From positions 496,001-560,000 of the forward strand of contig MU058824.1 in NCBI GenBank assembly GCA_013265495.1: DNA of 64,000 bases. Reading direction: 5' to 3'. Source of the DNA: Vicugna vicugna (lineage: Eukaryota). The notes beneath the pieces were generated by a model. It had not been told where the DNA came from and did no database searches. It was given only the letters and a program-made list of their open reading frames with translations. Positions 12,400-25,639 of the stretch are shown here, piece by piece (position 1 is the stretch's first letter; each line of letters starts with the position of its first letter). Made by a program: the position numbers and the translations under genes.

Positions 12400-14960
12400 A
12401 CTTCTGCTTCTGCAGAGTTTGCAGAACACAGTACTGGAGAGGAGAGAGCCATAGAGAAAGAGAATGCTAAAGATAACCATTCAACCCTCAAGTATCTGGC
12501 CGGGAACTGACCACAACGTGTATATGAGGAAACTACCTAAAGCTGGAGAAAAAAAAATCATCCAAGAAAATTAGAAGAAATAGTGCCCAGCACTCATTCA
12601 AAGCTGGAAACAGTGTCTGTTCCCACCAGCTAACCTGGAAAAAATCTTAGTTCACAGGGCATTGGGTAGAGCACTCAGAAAGGTTTTTACTTCAGTAATG
12701 TAGAAATTATAGCCCTAGACCAAGCATTGCTCCAGTCAAGCTTAATAAATCATAAAAGTGAGACCCAAAAGAATCAAGCTGTTTTCAAGTAACTTAACTA
12801 TATTACAGAACAAAGCTCAAGACGATTTATAGGAACATAAAAATACCTACCACCCAACCATGCAAAGGTCACCCAGGCAAAGACCACCAGACATACAAAG
12901 AAACAGGAAAATATGGCCAATAATGAAGAGAATAATCAATCGACTGAAACCGACCCAGAATTGACATAGATATTAGAATTGGTAGAGAAGAATACTAAAA
13001 CAGTCATTATAATTGTATTCCATATGTTCAAAAAGTTAAGTAGAGACAGGGAAGATATTTTTCAAAAAGACCCAAATTAAAATTCTAGAGTTGAAAACTA
13101 TAATATGTGAGATGAAAAATACACTGAATGGAGTAACAGCAGATTAGACACTATGTTGCTAAGGCTAGTGAACATAAAGGCATAGAAATAGAAACTATAC
13201 AAAATGAAACACAGAGAAAACAGAATCCAAAAAAATTTTAAAAAGCATCAGTGAGCTGCAAGATAACTTCAAGTAGCATAGCATACATGTAATTAGAGTC
13301 CCTGAAGGAGAAGAGAGATGGGAGTGGACAGTAATACATTTGAAAAAATAACGGCCCCCCAAATTCCAAATTTGATGCAAATTATAAACCAAGAGACCCA
13401 AGAAGCTCAACAAATTTGAAGCACGAGAAACATGCAGAAAACTCCACCAAGGCCCATCATAAAGTGCTTAAAACCAGAGGCAAAGAGAAAACTGTAAAAG
13501 TACCCAGAGAAAAGAGACATATATAGTAAAGAGGAATAAAGATGAGAATAAAACAGATTTCTCATTGGAAACAGTGCAAGTGACAAGACAGCAAAAACAC
13601 CTTTAAAGCACTGAAAGAAAAAACCAATGTAAAATTCTATACACAGCAAAATTCCTTTTAAAAACAAAGGCCAAAGGAAAGCTTTTCAGATACACAAAAG
13701 GCAAAAAGAACTCATCACCAGCAGAACTGCACTCTAAGAAATGTTAAAGGAAGTCTTTCAGGCAAAAGGAAAATTATACCAGATAGAAATATGAGCTTAC
13801 ACAAAGGCATTAAGCACACCCAAAATGGAAATGATAGAGGGAAATTGCTAAGATTTTTTTCCCCTTAATATCTAAATCACTTGAAAAAGGTAACTGTCTA
13901 AACATTATGAAGTATATAACATACATATATATATATATATATAAGTAAAATATATGATAATAGCACAAAAACTGGGAGGGGAGAAAAAGAAGTATATTGT
14001 AAATTTCTTAAACATGTGAAATAATTAATCTCAATTGAAGATAAATTATAATAAGTTGTATACTATAAGTCCTAAAATAACCACTAAAATAAGAGTTACA
14101 GCTACAGCAAGACAAGAAAGAAGGTAAAATGGAATAAAAAAAATACTGAATTAATTCAATATAAAACAGAAACATCATTAATGAAATGAAAGTTAAAATG
14201 ACGAGATACCACTACAGATCTATTAGAATGGGTAAAATTAAAAAGACTAGCCATATCAAGTGTTGGCAAGGATTTGAAGAAACTGGTGGGATTATAAAAT
14301 GGTGCAATTATTTTGGAAAATAGCTTGGCAGGTCTTAAAAAGGTAAAGAATATGATCCAGCCATTCCATTCAAAAGTATTTATCCAAGAGAAATGAAATC
14401 CTTTGCACATACAAACTCGTGTATTCAAATGTTCATAACAGCCTTATTTGTAATAGCTGAAAACTGGAAATAACTCAAATGTCCATCAACAGATAAATGG
14501 ATAAACAAAGTGTGATATAACCATACAACAGAATATCAACAATAAAAAGCAAAGAAATGCTGATACACATTATAACATGAATGAATCTCAAAATATTTAT
14601 GCAGAGCAAAAGAAACCAGACAAAAAAGAAATATATATTGTATGATTTTATTTACATAAAATTCTAGAAAATCCAAACTAATGTATAGTGACAGAAAGCA
14701 GGTCAGTGGTTGCTTGGGCACTGAGGGGGTAGGGTAGAGTATGTGTATGTGGGAGGATGAAGAGGGAGAGCCAGAAGGAGGGTGCCAAAGGGGTATGAGG
14801 AAACTTTTTGGGCCAATGGATATATTTATTATCTTGACTGTGGTGATGGTTTCAAATTATCTTCATTGTGGTGATGGTCTCATGGTGTGTGTCAAAACTT
14901 ATCAAATCATATACTTTGCTATATGTCAGTTACACCTCAAGAAAGTTGGAAAGAAGCAGA
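12400..14960 (+). mobile_element. Ancient L1: 5' region/ORF1 (12.4-14.1 kb) followed by an L1 3' end (14.15-14.96 kb)
   Basis: ORF1-like motifs (gatgaaaaatacactgaatgga, atacatgtaattagagtccctgaaggagaagagaga) and 3' motifs (aactcaaatgtccatcaacagataaatggataaacaaa, atgaatctcaaaatatttatgc). Imperfect ~28-bp tandem duplication at 14828-14882. Confidence 0.8.
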
Positions 14961-15449
14961 AAGAAAATTATGAAAAATGTCATATATTATTTATATATAG
15001 TTACATGCACAAACATGATAAATACTTAAAATAGGGGGAAAGATTTCCTTTGGATGAAGATAGGAACAAGGTAAATGGAATCAAGGAAGGGTACACAAGG
15101 AACTTCAGTGGTATTTCTAAAGTTTTCTTCAAAAAAAAAACTGTGGCAAGATGTTAAGATTTGACAAAGTTGGATGATGAGTACATAAGTGTTATGTTAT
15201 TTTCATTATTTTCTACATTTTTGTATGTGTGAAGTCTGCGTGTGTGTAATTTTTCAAAAAGGTACTTCAATGTTAAGGTTGATGTCAGGATAGTTCCTTA
15301 CTCCTCTGTCAGGATTTTGAGTTCAGAATCATTTAAAAGGCCTACAAAGAGAATAGGTAAAAACCTAACACACTAGGCCCTTGATGTTCTACACAAAATT
15401 GTCCATACATGTGTGTATCTGTATTTTTCTAAAAAGTAAACCCACAGTA

Positions 15450-16110
15450 TCCTGATTATTATATTAGCCATCTAACTGGTATTCTTGCTTCCATCCTTGC
15501 TCCCTTAGAATCTATCCTTTTCATAATAGTCAAGGTGATCTTTAAAATCGTAACAGGTCATCATCTGCTCAGAACCTTTCAAAGGCTTTCTAGCCAACTT
15601 TAAGTTACCACATCCTGCAATGCCTTCTGTCATCAGACTCAGCTGATCTCTCTGACCTCATCTCCTATGCTCACACCAGCCACACCGATCTCCTTACTCC
15701 TCCCTGAATATGTCAAACATTCTCTCACCTCAGAGTCTTCACACTTGATTCCCCTTTTGCCTGGAAAAGTCTATTCCCCATGGTTTATGCTTGTACTTCT
15801 TTCAGGTCTCTGCTCCAATGTCATCACAAACCTTCCAAAACCACCCTACATAAAAGAACACTCATCACCTTCTGTGATTCAGTGTTTTGTTTTGTTTTGT
15901 TTTTTAAACCAGCTTTTGGTTAATTCATGGCACTTATAACCATCTAAATATTATATATTTATTTACTTAAAATTAAGTATCTGTCTCTGCTTTCTTCACT
16001 CCCACCCACAGAACATAAGTTCAATAAGAACAAGAATTTTCTTCTGTTTGCTAACAGCTATATCTCCAGTGTCTAAAATAGTATCTAGGACAGAGTAAAT
16101 GTTCAAATGT
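15450..16110 (+). mobile_element. L2 LINE 3' fragment
   Basis: Pyrimidine-rich L2-like motifs: tctgctcagaacctttcaaaggcttt, ccagccacaccgatctccttactc, tcaggtctctgctccaatgtca, ctatatctccagtgtctaaaatagt. Confidence 0.7.
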
Positions 16111-17849
16111 TTCTATTCTAATAATCAGGAGAGAAAGACAGATATTATGCCAAGTTCTAAAAATTTGCAAATATATCCACAAGTTTGATAAATGGTTCTA
16201 TAATCAAGGAAGTAAGCTTAAAAAAAAAGTATACCAACTCAGTAATTAATAAGCTTTGCAGTATGGAAGTAGTAACTGCAAACTATGGACAAATTTTCAG
16301 TAACGGTAACATTATTGTCTTTAATTTTGTAACTAAATTTAATAACTAATTATTACTTTTTTCCCTTCTTTCAAAAATATCCTGAAATTTCTGTCTAAAG
16401 ATTAAAAGATATGCTTAAATGTATACTTATCCATACTGATAGCTGTAAAAAAGTAATTATTCTGAGTTAATTAAAATTCTGAAAAATGGCTAATTATGTA
16501 CTTAATGATTAAACTAAGAGTGGATATGCATATATTTGCCTTTGTTAAATATTGGTTTAAGGATTTCTAATGTGTTTTTACAACATGAAATTTTGAGAGC
16601 AAATTGTATATAGCACAAAACATTTGGTATCATAATAATTAATCTGAATTCTTTACAATCACAAAGCACAAGTCCACTGGTAAACATTTAAACAACCTAG
16701 AGTAAATATATTCTAGATGTCATATAACTTATTATTAAGGAGTCGTAATTATTTAATTAAAATAAATCTGGACTATTCCTTGCTTGTACTGCCTAACTAC
16801 TATACTCAGGTATTAGTAGTAATGACTTCACACTTATTTCAACATCAAAAGGCACCAAAAAGAATCCATATAGCTTAAAAAAATACTAACTGAACCACCA
16901 AAAGGAGTGAAAAATCAAGAGAGAAAAGGGCCTCCATTCATTTACTCAACAAATACCTAATGAGGACCTACTACATAGGTATTAAGTGCAGTATTCCTGA
17001 GAATATTCCTTGATATCCTGTCCACCTGAGTTAATGTTAAAAATAATTCCAGATTGGATCCCTGCACTTCTTACTTATGAAGGTCTTGTGCTTTAGACAA
17101 ACACCAAAGTTTCTCTGTTCTTCAGCCTTCTTTTATCTGAATAATGAGGATAATATTGCCCTTATCCAGCATCCAGATAGCTGGCACTGTATCACTTACT
17201 GGTCTCTATAATATATTTGACAATTAATCTTGCACTGACTTACATTACTTTTTTACTGAAGCTTTAAATTATTATTTAAATATTTTACTTAACATTTCAT
17301 GAAATCGTATCCAGGTAAGTTCCTTCAAAGCAGAAACCATGATACATTTTTTCAGAATCCTCTGTTACCAGCTAGTATTATCACTGTATGTTAAGTATTT
17401 GGGGAGAAGGACATAGAAGACAGCTTTTAAAAAAATGTATTTTGCACTTTTGTAAGACAAGCCAACCAAAATGGTAAAAAGTGATGCAACTGTTTTACAT
17501 TAAACTAACAAAAGGCCAAGAATTTTTTTAGCTTGATCTAGCAGTTAAAAGTGGGAGTATCAAATAAAGTTTATTCCAATTCCTCTTACTAACTGAATTC
17601 CTACTGTAAGAAAGGGGCTGTGTAAGCACTTTGCACACATAGTCAACAATCCTTACAACCATCCTAGAATACAGGATGAAATTTTACAGTCAGGAAAAAC
17701 GAACATATATACAGATAGTATTAAAAGTTCTTTTGCATAGGGAACTGTTGTCATTTATAAGGTCTTTATAAAATTTGAACAAACTTGTTTATAAACCAAC
17801 TGTTTCTTCTAATGACTGGTGAGCTAACTGAAAAAAAAAAAAACACCCA

Positions 17850-19440
17850 TGAAGGATCAAAACAAGAAAGGAAAAATGGGTGCTATTACGAGAAGAGAAA
17901 TATTACCCCCAAAAAAACTCTATAAATAGAAAGTTCAAAGGGATTCAGACCAATTGTAAGAAATATCAAGAGAGTTTAAAGATAACTGGCTATAAGATCT
18001 ACATATGAAAACTAACTATATTTCTATATACACCACCAAAAGTCTAAAAACATAATTTAAAAGAAAGACAACATTTATTACTTCCCTCAATCACACACAC
18101 AGACACACCTTAAAACACTAAAGTAGTTAAGAACAGATTAATGAAATAGACTGAAATAGATAAACACACTAAGTGTAAGCACTGTATTCCAGGCATCTGT
18201 TGCTGTGTAACAAATTCCTCCAAAACTTAAAGGACTAAAACCACCATTTAATTTTGCTAATAATTATGGAGACCAGACACTTAGGTAGTCAGCTGAACAG
18301 TTCTCACTTGGGGTCTCTCATACAGCTAGAGATATCTGCTGAAGCCACAATTATCTGAAGGCTCTCAACTGCACTGCATGTACAAGATGGCTCACTCATG
18401 GCTGGTACTTGAGGCTACAAATTCCTAAGAGCTCAGCTGTGGCTGTGTTATCTCCCACATGGGGGTCTCAGGATATGTGGACTAAGTTCCCCCAGTGCAA
18501 GAATCCTCAGAGAACCAGTGGAAGCTATCTGGCCTTTTCTGACCTAGCCTCAGAAGTCAAGCGGCATTACTTCTGCCTCAGCTCAGATTCAAGGAGACAG
18601 TAATTAGACTCCATCTACTGGAGGGGTCATAGCAAGGTTATACCGTAGAAGACCATGTAGGACAGAGATACTTTACAGATATCTTTAAAAAGTACTATCT
18701 ACCACAATCTGTATGCAGAAAACTATAAAGATAAACAAATATTAAAGAAGACATAAACAAATACATCTCATATTCGTTAGAAAACTGGATGATGTAAATA
18801 CGTCAGTTTTCTCTAAATAGATGGATAAATCCGATGCAATTCCCAAATTTCCAACAAGATTATGTATGAACATTGAAAAGCAGATTTTAAATTTATACGG
18901 AAGACTAAATGGCCAAGTATAGCCAAAAGGAAAAGTAAGGTGAAAAGGAAGAGTAAAGTGACAGTACTGTCCTGCCAGATATCAAGCATTATCACAAGAC
19001 TGTCTTAATTAATATATTGTGGACCTTGGTGAAGAAACAGAAAAATTGATCAGTGGAATAGAACAAAAAGACCAGAGACAGACCCATGGATACATGGAAT
19101 TGTGATATGTAAATAACACTGCAGAAATCAGTTAATAGTGAGAGACAACTGGTTTTCCAACAGGAATACAATGTAAGTTTATTATATCTACCTAATACCA
19201 TCAATACTAGATGGACCAAAGATTTAAATGTTAAAAGTAAAATATTAAAAACATTCAATAGAAAATATAGGCAAATACCTTCTTGATCTTAGGATACAGA
19301 GCGTTCCTTGAATAAGACACCAATAGTATGAACCACAAGAGGAAAAGACTGATAAATAAAATTGAGAAATAAAGACTGATACATTTAAATTAAGAACTCT
19401 TTTTCAACAAAGACACTATAATGAAAGTAAAAAGATAGTT
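17850..19440 (+). mobile_element. Ancient L1 ORF2 fragments, interrupted by an MLT1 LTR
   Basis: ctgtatgcagaaaactataaa, gattttaaaatttatacggaag, aatactagatggaccaaagatttaaatgttaaaagtaaaa are L1 ORF2-like. Confidence 0.7.
18183..18705 (-). mobile_element. MLT1 (ERVL-MaLR) solo LTR
   Basis: Begins tgtattccaggcatctgttgctgtgtaacaaattcctccaaaactta, the typical reverse-complemented MLT1 3' end; ggccttttctgacctagcctcagaagtca internal motif; ends ...ctaccaca. Confidence 0.75.
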
Positions 19441-20099
19441 CTTACTATATAAATCTAATAATGTTAAATCTAGAAAATCTGTGGTAACTGTTCATGAAGT
19501 TATTTGTCTGAAAGTAAGTTTTACACAAGCTAGCAAAGAACAAGCCTATACAAAAAATTCAGGGCAGATGTGAATAAAGCTAAGCAAATACCTACATCTA
19601 ACAACAGTTTCGATCTCACTATTTTAATGGCACACATAAATCTTTTGTGCCAGATGGAGATCAATAAGGTAAATATATATTTTTTAAATCAATAAACAAA
19701 CACTTTGACCATACCACTGTCTCAGGAAAATCACAAGTGATTTTTAATGACATGTAAAACAGTAAAGATGGTAAGAAATCCAAGTCATAATAATCTCATT
19801 GACATTATCGTGCATAGTACTATACAATAAACCCTGAATCTTGCTGAGTACCAGGTAGTGAGATACACAATTAGTGGAGACATAGTCAGTCCCTGATGTT
19901 TAGACCCATAATCTAGGTAGCAAGAAATAAAGTACATATATAGAGAGGCAAGTCAAATTTTCATCTAAATCTCAAATCAATCTTTTTTCCTCCATCTTCA
20001 CCATATGTGAAATCACTCCTAAATGACCTCCTGCATTCATTTCATTCTATCCCAATCTATTCACTATACTGCAGCTACGGTAACCTTTTTGAGACGCAA

Positions 20100-21485
20100 A
20101 AGGACCACAGATGCATTTTTTAGTGAAACAGACTCTAGATTCAGAAACACCAAGCACAGGGCTAAAAAAGGTATTCTTATCAAAGCCTGCAGTGAACAAT
20201 GAAAGCCCAGCAGCCTTCACCTAACCTGCTTTTATAACTGGAAAATAAATGTCTACCTACCCTAGGGGGAAAATGAGAATTCTTCTTTAGAAAACTAAAC
20301 CAGAACAACCTCCAAATACTGATATTTAGAGGTTGCTCCAAGGAAAATACCAGACTGCCAAAGAACCTTTAGTGAAGTCTTCCAAGAGACAAGCAATCAG
20401 CTTTTTAGTGTCTCAGAAAAGCAGGAAAAATTATGTCCAAAGACAAAATGCTACAAAAAAATAAAATTAAAATAGAAAAACTCTTAGAAAATATTGTAAT
20501 AGCAGAAATAAAGAATTCAATAGAAAGAATTGAAGATAAAGCTGAGTATATCTCCCAGAAAACAGAAAATTAGGCAAGCAATCCAAGGGTCTCCTATCCA
20601 ACAGAACAGAGATCAGCAAACTTTTTGCCAAGGGCCAGAGAGTAAATAGTTTAGGCTTTGCAGGCCATATAGTCTCTTCCTGCAACCACTCAACTCGGCT
20701 GTTGCAGTATGAAAGCAGCCAAAGATAATACATAAACAAATGGGGCAGTAGCAGGCCAGATCTGACCTCTGAGCCAGTTTGCTGACCCTTGCAGTAAAAG
20801 AATTAAAAAAAGAGAGAGAGAGAGAAAACAGAGGAATAAATTATCGAATAAATAACTTAAGAAAAATTCCCAGAATTAAAGAACATGAGCTTTTAGACTG
20901 AAATGGTCCAACACAAAGCACATCATTATCAAATTTCAGAACACCAGCAATAAATAAATCATAAAAGTTTCCAAAGAGAAAAAAAAAATTGGTCCTATAT
21001 ATAGATTGGGAAACTAGATGATATCTACTTTTTTTTTTTAAAAGAAAAACACTTAACTAGAAAGCCTTCAAAACTGAAAGAGAATTCTATACCTTCTAAA
21101 ATTAGCCATCAAGTGAGGGGAGAATAAAGGTATTTATAAACTAAAAATAAATTAAAAATTTACATCTAAGGTACCCTTATTTCAGAGCTACTGAAAGATG
21201 TACTCCAATAAAACAATGGAGTAAGCCAAAAATGAGAATCACATGATATCCAGGAAAAACAGGGACCCAACACAGGAGGAGATGAGGGAAGTCCCAGAAC
21301 AGCTGACATGAAATAAGCCTAGAAAGTGAGTCCAAATTTTAGGAGGGAGTCTTCAATGGAAGTGATGTATTTGAGCATATGAAAAATATTGATAGCATGT
21401 GGTAGAGATGTGGAACATTTAAAAAAAATCACCTAAAAATACACAAAGTTAGGCAATAAAAAAATGAGGCAATTATTAACTTCAA
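20100..21485 (+). mobile_element. HAL1/ancient L1 ORF1-like remnant
   Basis: agaaaaattcccagaattaaagaacatgag, aaatttcagaacacca, gaggcaattattaacttc motifs; A-rich; interrupted by a MITE. Confidence 0.55.
20606..20791. mobile_element. MER58A-like hAT-Charlie MITE
   Basis: cagagatcagcaaac...aagggccagagagtaaatagtttaggctttgcaggccatatagtctct...gtttgctgacccttg, with complementary termini. Confidence 0.8.
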
Positions 21486-21489
21486 AAAC

Positions 21490-22318
21490 AGCAAAACAAC
21501 AGCTAACATCATATTCAAACAGTAAAAAGGTGAAAGCATTTCCTCTAAGATCAATAACAAGACAAAGATGCCCACTCTTGCATCCATTTATCAAATAAGT
21601 TTCCAAAGTCCTAGCCACAGCAATCAAACAAGAAAAAGAGATAAAAGGAATCCAAATTGGAAAGGAAGAAATAAAACTGTCACTGTTTCCAAGACACTAT
21701 ACATGGAAAATCCTAAAGATACCACCAGAAAACAAGTAGAACTTATCAATGAATTTGGTAAAGTTGCATGACACAAAAGTAATAGACAGAAATCTGTTAC
21801 ATTTCTAAACACTAATAATGAACTATCAAAAAGAGAAATTAAGGAAATAATTCCCATCACCATTGCACAAAAAGAATAAAACACCTAGGAATAAACCCAC
21901 CTAAGGTGGTAAAAGACCTATACTTGGAAAACTATAAGACACCAATGAAAGAAATTGAAGACAACATAAACAGATGGGAAGATATACCATGTTCATGGAC
22001 TAGAAGAATTAATATTCTTAAAATGATGATACTACCCAAGGGAATCTACAGATTCAATGCAATATCCATCAAAATACCAAGGGAATTTTTCACAAAACTA
22101 GAGCAGATGATTTTAAAATTTGTATGAAAACACAAAAGACTCCAAATAGCCAAAACAATCTTCAGAAAGAACAAAGCTGGAGGAATCATGCTCCATGACT
22201 TCACACTATACTACAAAGCTACAGTAATGAAAATGGCATGGTAATGGCACAAAAACAGACACACAGATCAACAGAACAGAGAGCCCAGAAATAAATCCAC
22301 ACTCTTATGGTAAATTCA
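21490..22318 (+). mobile_element. Relatively young L1 ORF2 internal fragment (RT region and downstream)
   Basis: ORF-track peptides [23 protein letters not shown] and [57 protein letters not shown] are clear L1 ORF2p; frameshifted, with no 3' UTR or poly(A). Confidence 0.92.
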
Positions 22319-22891
22319 CTAATTAAAATTTGTTTATTAAAAAGCCAATAACTAGCAAAAAATATGTGCAACACTGTATTATTGCAACAATATTAAAAAC
22401 AGAAGATCAGTATCTTAAAATTAAAAGAAACTTTATCAAAAGACAACATAATATAAAGTATGCAAGAGACATGAATAAGCAGTTCATAAAAAAGAAATAT
22501 TACTATCCAAGGTGCATATAAAAACTTCCACCCTTCAAAGCAATAAAAGGAAAAAAATCCAGATAAAAACAACAAAGCAGCATTATTTTAACCTACTAAT
22601 TCAGCAAAAATTTGAGACATGGATAATATTACTGTTGGTAAGGTTTTTCAAAAATGCATTGTGAAAATAGAAGTTGATATATTATTTCTGGAAGAAACTG
22701 TAGTAATATAAATCAAAATCTTCAAAATACGTAAGACATTTGATTCAGTAATTCCTGCTAAAAATGCATCGTAAGGGAACAGTTATAAATATCCATAAAA
22801 GGATTCAGTTACAAGGGTATTTATTTTAGCAAAATTTCCTTAAGACTATCTTTTTCATATGGATTTACTAGAAGTAATATAATAGCCTTAC

Positions 22892-22957
22892 CTGAACTGT
22901 ACGTCCTGCATTGATATGCTCTTCATGCAACTTGTCCCAGATTCTGCACCTTTGATA
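22892..22957 (-). CDS. STX17: Syntaxin-17 exon 3 (66 nt, phase 0-0)
   Basis: Translates YQRCRIWDKLHEEHINAGRTVQ. Acceptor cttttcttttgtatag|TAT, donor GTT CAG|GTAAGG. Joins the flanking exons in frame; too short to appear in the ORF track. Confidence 0.96.
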
Positions 22958-23907
22958 CTATACAAAAGAAAAGGGAAAGGCATTGAATTTTTTTTTTAAT
23001 CACTAAAGTGATTGTTTCCAGTTACCACAAAAATCCCCATTCACCTACCCAAAACTAAACATACCAGCTAAAAAAGTTACTGACTTCGTAGTGGAAATTA
23101 ACTGTCCAAAGACCATGCCAAGTAGGAAGTTTTCAAACACATTCCATACCAAATTCTGAAAAATGGTAAAACAAACTATTGTCATTAGATATTATTTATT
23201 TTACAAAAAAAACGTATTTTGTCTATAATGCAAACTCTTTAGAGCTGAAAAAATGAGAATGTAAAAGAATGTGAACAGTGAAAAGACTAACAGCATTAAT
23301 CAGATATTCTTGCTATACACGAAGACTGAGAAGTTTGTCAGTGATAGAGTCAAGTACTGAAAACAAAATCTGATTTTGAGAAAAAGTAACATTGATATTT
23401 CAGACTAGAAGGTATACAAAAATGACAATGAACATTTAATATGTTTCAGTTTTTACCAAGACAATGTTTAGCTTTTTCAGAGTTTCATCCAAGAAACTTA
23501 ACAACACATAATAATAGAAAATTTTTCATTTAACAGAAACCATAGCAAAATATGATAACATTATGACAGAATACTGATATAAATACCACCAAACGTCACA
23601 TACTATTTTTGGTTGAAATAAAAAATCCAAATAATTTAAATGTTATATGTGAATAATGATACTAAACACATTTTTGGTATACCACACACTAAAAAAAAAA
23701 AAAAAAAAACCAAACAAACCTGGAAACACCTTGAAAGGACAGAAACATGAAAATGCTCCATATATACATATTAAAGGCACAATAGATAACACAGAGCACC
23801 AAAAATTTTTCTAGGATATTTTAATATTTCCTATTCTGCATATTCTTTAAATTTGGTAGTGAATAATGCAGCAACAAAACTCTTCTGATACTTATAAATT
23901 TTTTCTA

Positions 23908-23957
23908 CATCATCTAAGAACTAAACAGTAACCATCATCTAAGAACTAAACAGTAAC
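23908..23957. repeat. Perfect 25-bp tandem duplication
   Basis: catcatctaagaactaaacagtaac x2 (23908-23932, 23933-23957), identical copies. Confidence 0.95.
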
Positions 23958-24002
23958 CAGTAAGCTCAAAAATAACCAGACTATATTGAAAATATATTTA
24001 CC

Positions 24003-24170
24003 GGAGGGGGAGGATATAGCTTAAGTGGTAGAGCGCATGCTTAGCATACACAAGGTCCTGGGTTCAATCCCCAGTACTTCCTCTAAAAGTAAAAAACCAA
24101 ATCAAAACAAAACTGATAAGTAAACCTAATTACCTGTCCCCCTGAAAAAAAAATTTTTAATAAAAAAAAA
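24003..24170 (+). mobile_element. tRNA-Ala-derived SINE (camelid Vic-1-like)
   Basis: tRNA-like head with box A TAGCTTAAGTGG (24017-24028), AGC anticodon remnant (24043-24045) and box B GGTTCAATCC (24061-24070). A-rich tail; 14-bp TSD aaaatatattt(a/g)cc at 23989-24002 and 24168-24181. Confidence 0.85.
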
Positions 24171-24429
24171 ATATATTTGCCACGCATAACTTAAAACTAT
24201 TACCCAATCAAATAAATTAAAAATCACTATCAAACTACTTTCACTTCCAAGAAAAACTGAATTGATGCCATCAGATACAGTATAAATGCTTTTAGCAGTG
24301 TTATGATATTAATAAAAAGATGAGAATAGAAGCCAAAGATACAGTTCCGAAAATAAGCCACTTTAAAACTTATTACTCAATACAAATCTGTCATGATAAT
24401 TTTAAGAAAAATGAATGATAAGGAGAAAG

Positions 24430-25295
24430 AGTTGAGAATTGAGAGAGGTCAAGGCTGCAAGAATTTCTGGAGCAGAGTATCAGAGAGGAAAGAGCTGTAT
24501 ATGAGGAGATAGCTGCAATGAAAGGAGAGGACTATACTGAGAGTGAGCTCCAGAGATCGATAGGGTTTTCCTTCAAGTCTTCAGCCATGCACACAAGGAA
24601 ATGACCTGAAATCAGAAAAAGAACCACTGGAATGGAGCAGGTGGACTACTTCCCCAAATCACACAAGACCAGAAATAGTTTATATGACCACGAGCTGAAG
24701 TGGAAAAACCTCTCAATATACTGGACATCAGGTAGAGCATTCCAAAGAATTGTCCTGTAAAGGGAAAAATTATGCTTGGAATAAAGGCTGTTCTGATCCT
24801 AAACAGGAAAGCTGAAAACAGCTTCAAAAGTATCAAACTGTTCCCAAATAACTTAAATATGTCTCAGAATAAATAAAGCTCAAAAATATTCAAAGGAATT
24901 TAAAAGTATTCAGTATCCAACAAGATAAAGTTCAGAATATCCAGTGTCTAATAAATAAGTATCATGCATGCAAAAAAACCAGGAAAATATGATCTGTAAT
25001 GAGAAAAACCAATCAATAGAAACAGATTCTAAAATGATAGATAATGCAATTAATAGACAGGATATTAGAAGTTATTGTATTTCATATGTTTAAGAAAGTA
25101 GAAGAAAATGAGCATATTGAGATATGAAAGATATTTTTAAAAATTCAATTCTTAGAATTAAAAAAGGCATCTGAAATGAAAAGTACAGTGGGTGGGATTA
25201 ATAGAAGGTAAGACAATACGAAAAAAGATTAAAAATTTTAAAGAAACAACAGAAACAATCCAAAATGAAACAAAGAGGAAAAAGACAGACAATGA
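24430..25295 (+). mobile_element. Ancient L1 5'/ORF1 fragment (similar family to the 12.4-13.3 kb copy)
   Basis: aagtatcaaactgttcccaaataacttaa...aaagctcaa and ctgaaatgaaaagtacagtgggtgggattaatagaag parallel the 12.78-13.15 kb sequence with many differences. Confidence 0.7.
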
Positions 25296-25639
25296 AAGCA
25301 ATATTAACTGAGTGTCAATGCTGAGTATTTGGGAATGATAACTTATTTGTTAAGTGACTGTTTCCAAGTATCAATCTTGCATTCAGAGGTTTTTCATTTA
25401 ATACCTTAATTTGAATAATCTGTGAGGAAGAATTTAATGTTGCCTTTACAACTCTCTAAAGACCATGGGCACTGGCAGCTTCCACATGAATGGTTAAAAT
25501 GGTGGTGAACCTTAACGTCTCCTGCACAGTGCTATGTGAGAATGGTGTATTTATATCTGACCTGGGATGAAATCAATCTGGACACATTCCATAGGACATA
25601 ATCAAGTTGGGATGTGAACAAAAAACAAAGTTTGAAAGG

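Noticed and set aside
24009..24082. Possible tRNA-Ala(AGC) gene
   Set aside because: The anticodon stem is broken (CATGC/ACACA), and an A-rich tail plus TSD show it is a SINE head.
12420..25295. Similarity between 12.4-13.3 kb and 24.4-25.3 kb as a segmental duplication
   Set aside because: The copies are highly diverged, limited to L1 sequence and have unrelated flanks: independent insertions of related L1s.
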